Shown one piece after another: positions 63,301 to 64,000 of a DNA stretch of 64,000 nt. The notes beneath the pieces were generated by a model that saw nothing but the letters and a program-made list of their open reading frames with translations, was not told the DNA's origin and did no database searches. Numbering within the stretch: the stretch's first letter is position 1; each line of letters begins with the position of its first letter. The DNA comes from Geosiphon pyriformis uo1 (lineage: Eukaryota > Fungi > Glomeromycota). A program made the translations under genes and the position numbers. Location of the stretch: contig JAAOMT010000197.1 of the NCBI GenBank assembly GCA_016748015.1, forward strand, positions 34,388 through 98,387, written 5' to 3'.

Positions 63301-64000
63301 AACTCAGGTCGGGAATTAAAAGTCATTTGTCTCTTTAATGTGTGGTCTACTCTCGATAATAAGGAGGCCTCTAAAGCATGCACAATGTTTGATTGTAGTA
63401 AAAACAAAGATAGCATTTTACAACACCTGTTAGGAGTCAAAAAAGTGTACCAAAAGTCCAAATATTATAAATCTAGATGGCCAGAAACATTTCAATTAGG
63501 AATACAATAAACAAATACATGGAAAACTTTAACTTCAATAAAGAACATATAATCAAAAGTGTTTTGGAATGGCCATTTAGAAAGGTGGTGCTGGACTATT
63601 TAATAGTGGATGATAAGTTGATTTTGAAACCTAAAGAAGTGAAATCCTCTGTTGATGTTATTATGGAAGAATGGACAAGGAAATAAGTTGCTCTCAATTC
63701 TCTACCTGTTTATTAATCTAATTAATATGCCCTCTTGACTTATGTCAATAATGATGTGTTTTCAAATATTATGAATGTAATTAGATTGGATGAATTTCTC
63801 TTGGTGGTCAAAAAACTGTCTGATAGAAAAGCTGCTAGCATTTTTGGTATTTCTAATAAGCTTTGGAAGCATAGAGATGCTCAAGTTCTGGGTGGTTTGC
63901 TAGACATTTTTAATGTGTATTTAGGGTTGGGTGCAGTTTTTTTAGAATGGAGACAGGCCTGGATTTCTATGATACCAAAGCCATATAATTAGGAAGGAAC
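60329..64000 (+). mobile_element. LINE (copy H), 5' part; continues beyond the window
   Basis: CTTCTT start after an A-run; ORF1 ~60471-62272 with CTKCGNLGHISLSC; ORF2 from 62269 with APE motifs (LSGDFN, IDYIFV, DTDHNAV) running into RT. Confidence 0.9.

Overview
Eukaryotic (fungal) genomic DNA, most consistent with a Glomeromycotina/Mucoromycota-type genome (inference from intron style, gene content and TE types). There are two sharply different halves. Bases 1-16.5 kb are a CpG-retaining gene island with six genes, several invisible or fragmented in the ORF track because of introns. These are a single-TM orphan, a poly-Asn orphan with a possible Myb-like end, a CipC/DUF3759-like gene, a zf-C3HC/Rsm1 (NIPA/Pml39-like) gene carrying a U12-type AT-AC intron, RPS11 (uS17), and FZO1 mitofusin head-to-head with RPS11. 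Bases ~16.8-64 kb are a nested retroelement graveyard. It holds at least 7 recognisable APE-RT-RNaseH LINE copies, an ORF1-only 'half-LINE' that carries the same structured 3' tail, a solo LTR, and a non-autonomous LTR element encoding gag-protease-Cys-rich domain-dUTPase. AT-only 'ghost' LINEs fill the gaps. All repeats show pervasive C>T/G>A erosion that is not limited to CpG, suggestive of a RIP-like or broad methylation/deamination process. Exon structures and TSDs were read by hand; no database searches were run.
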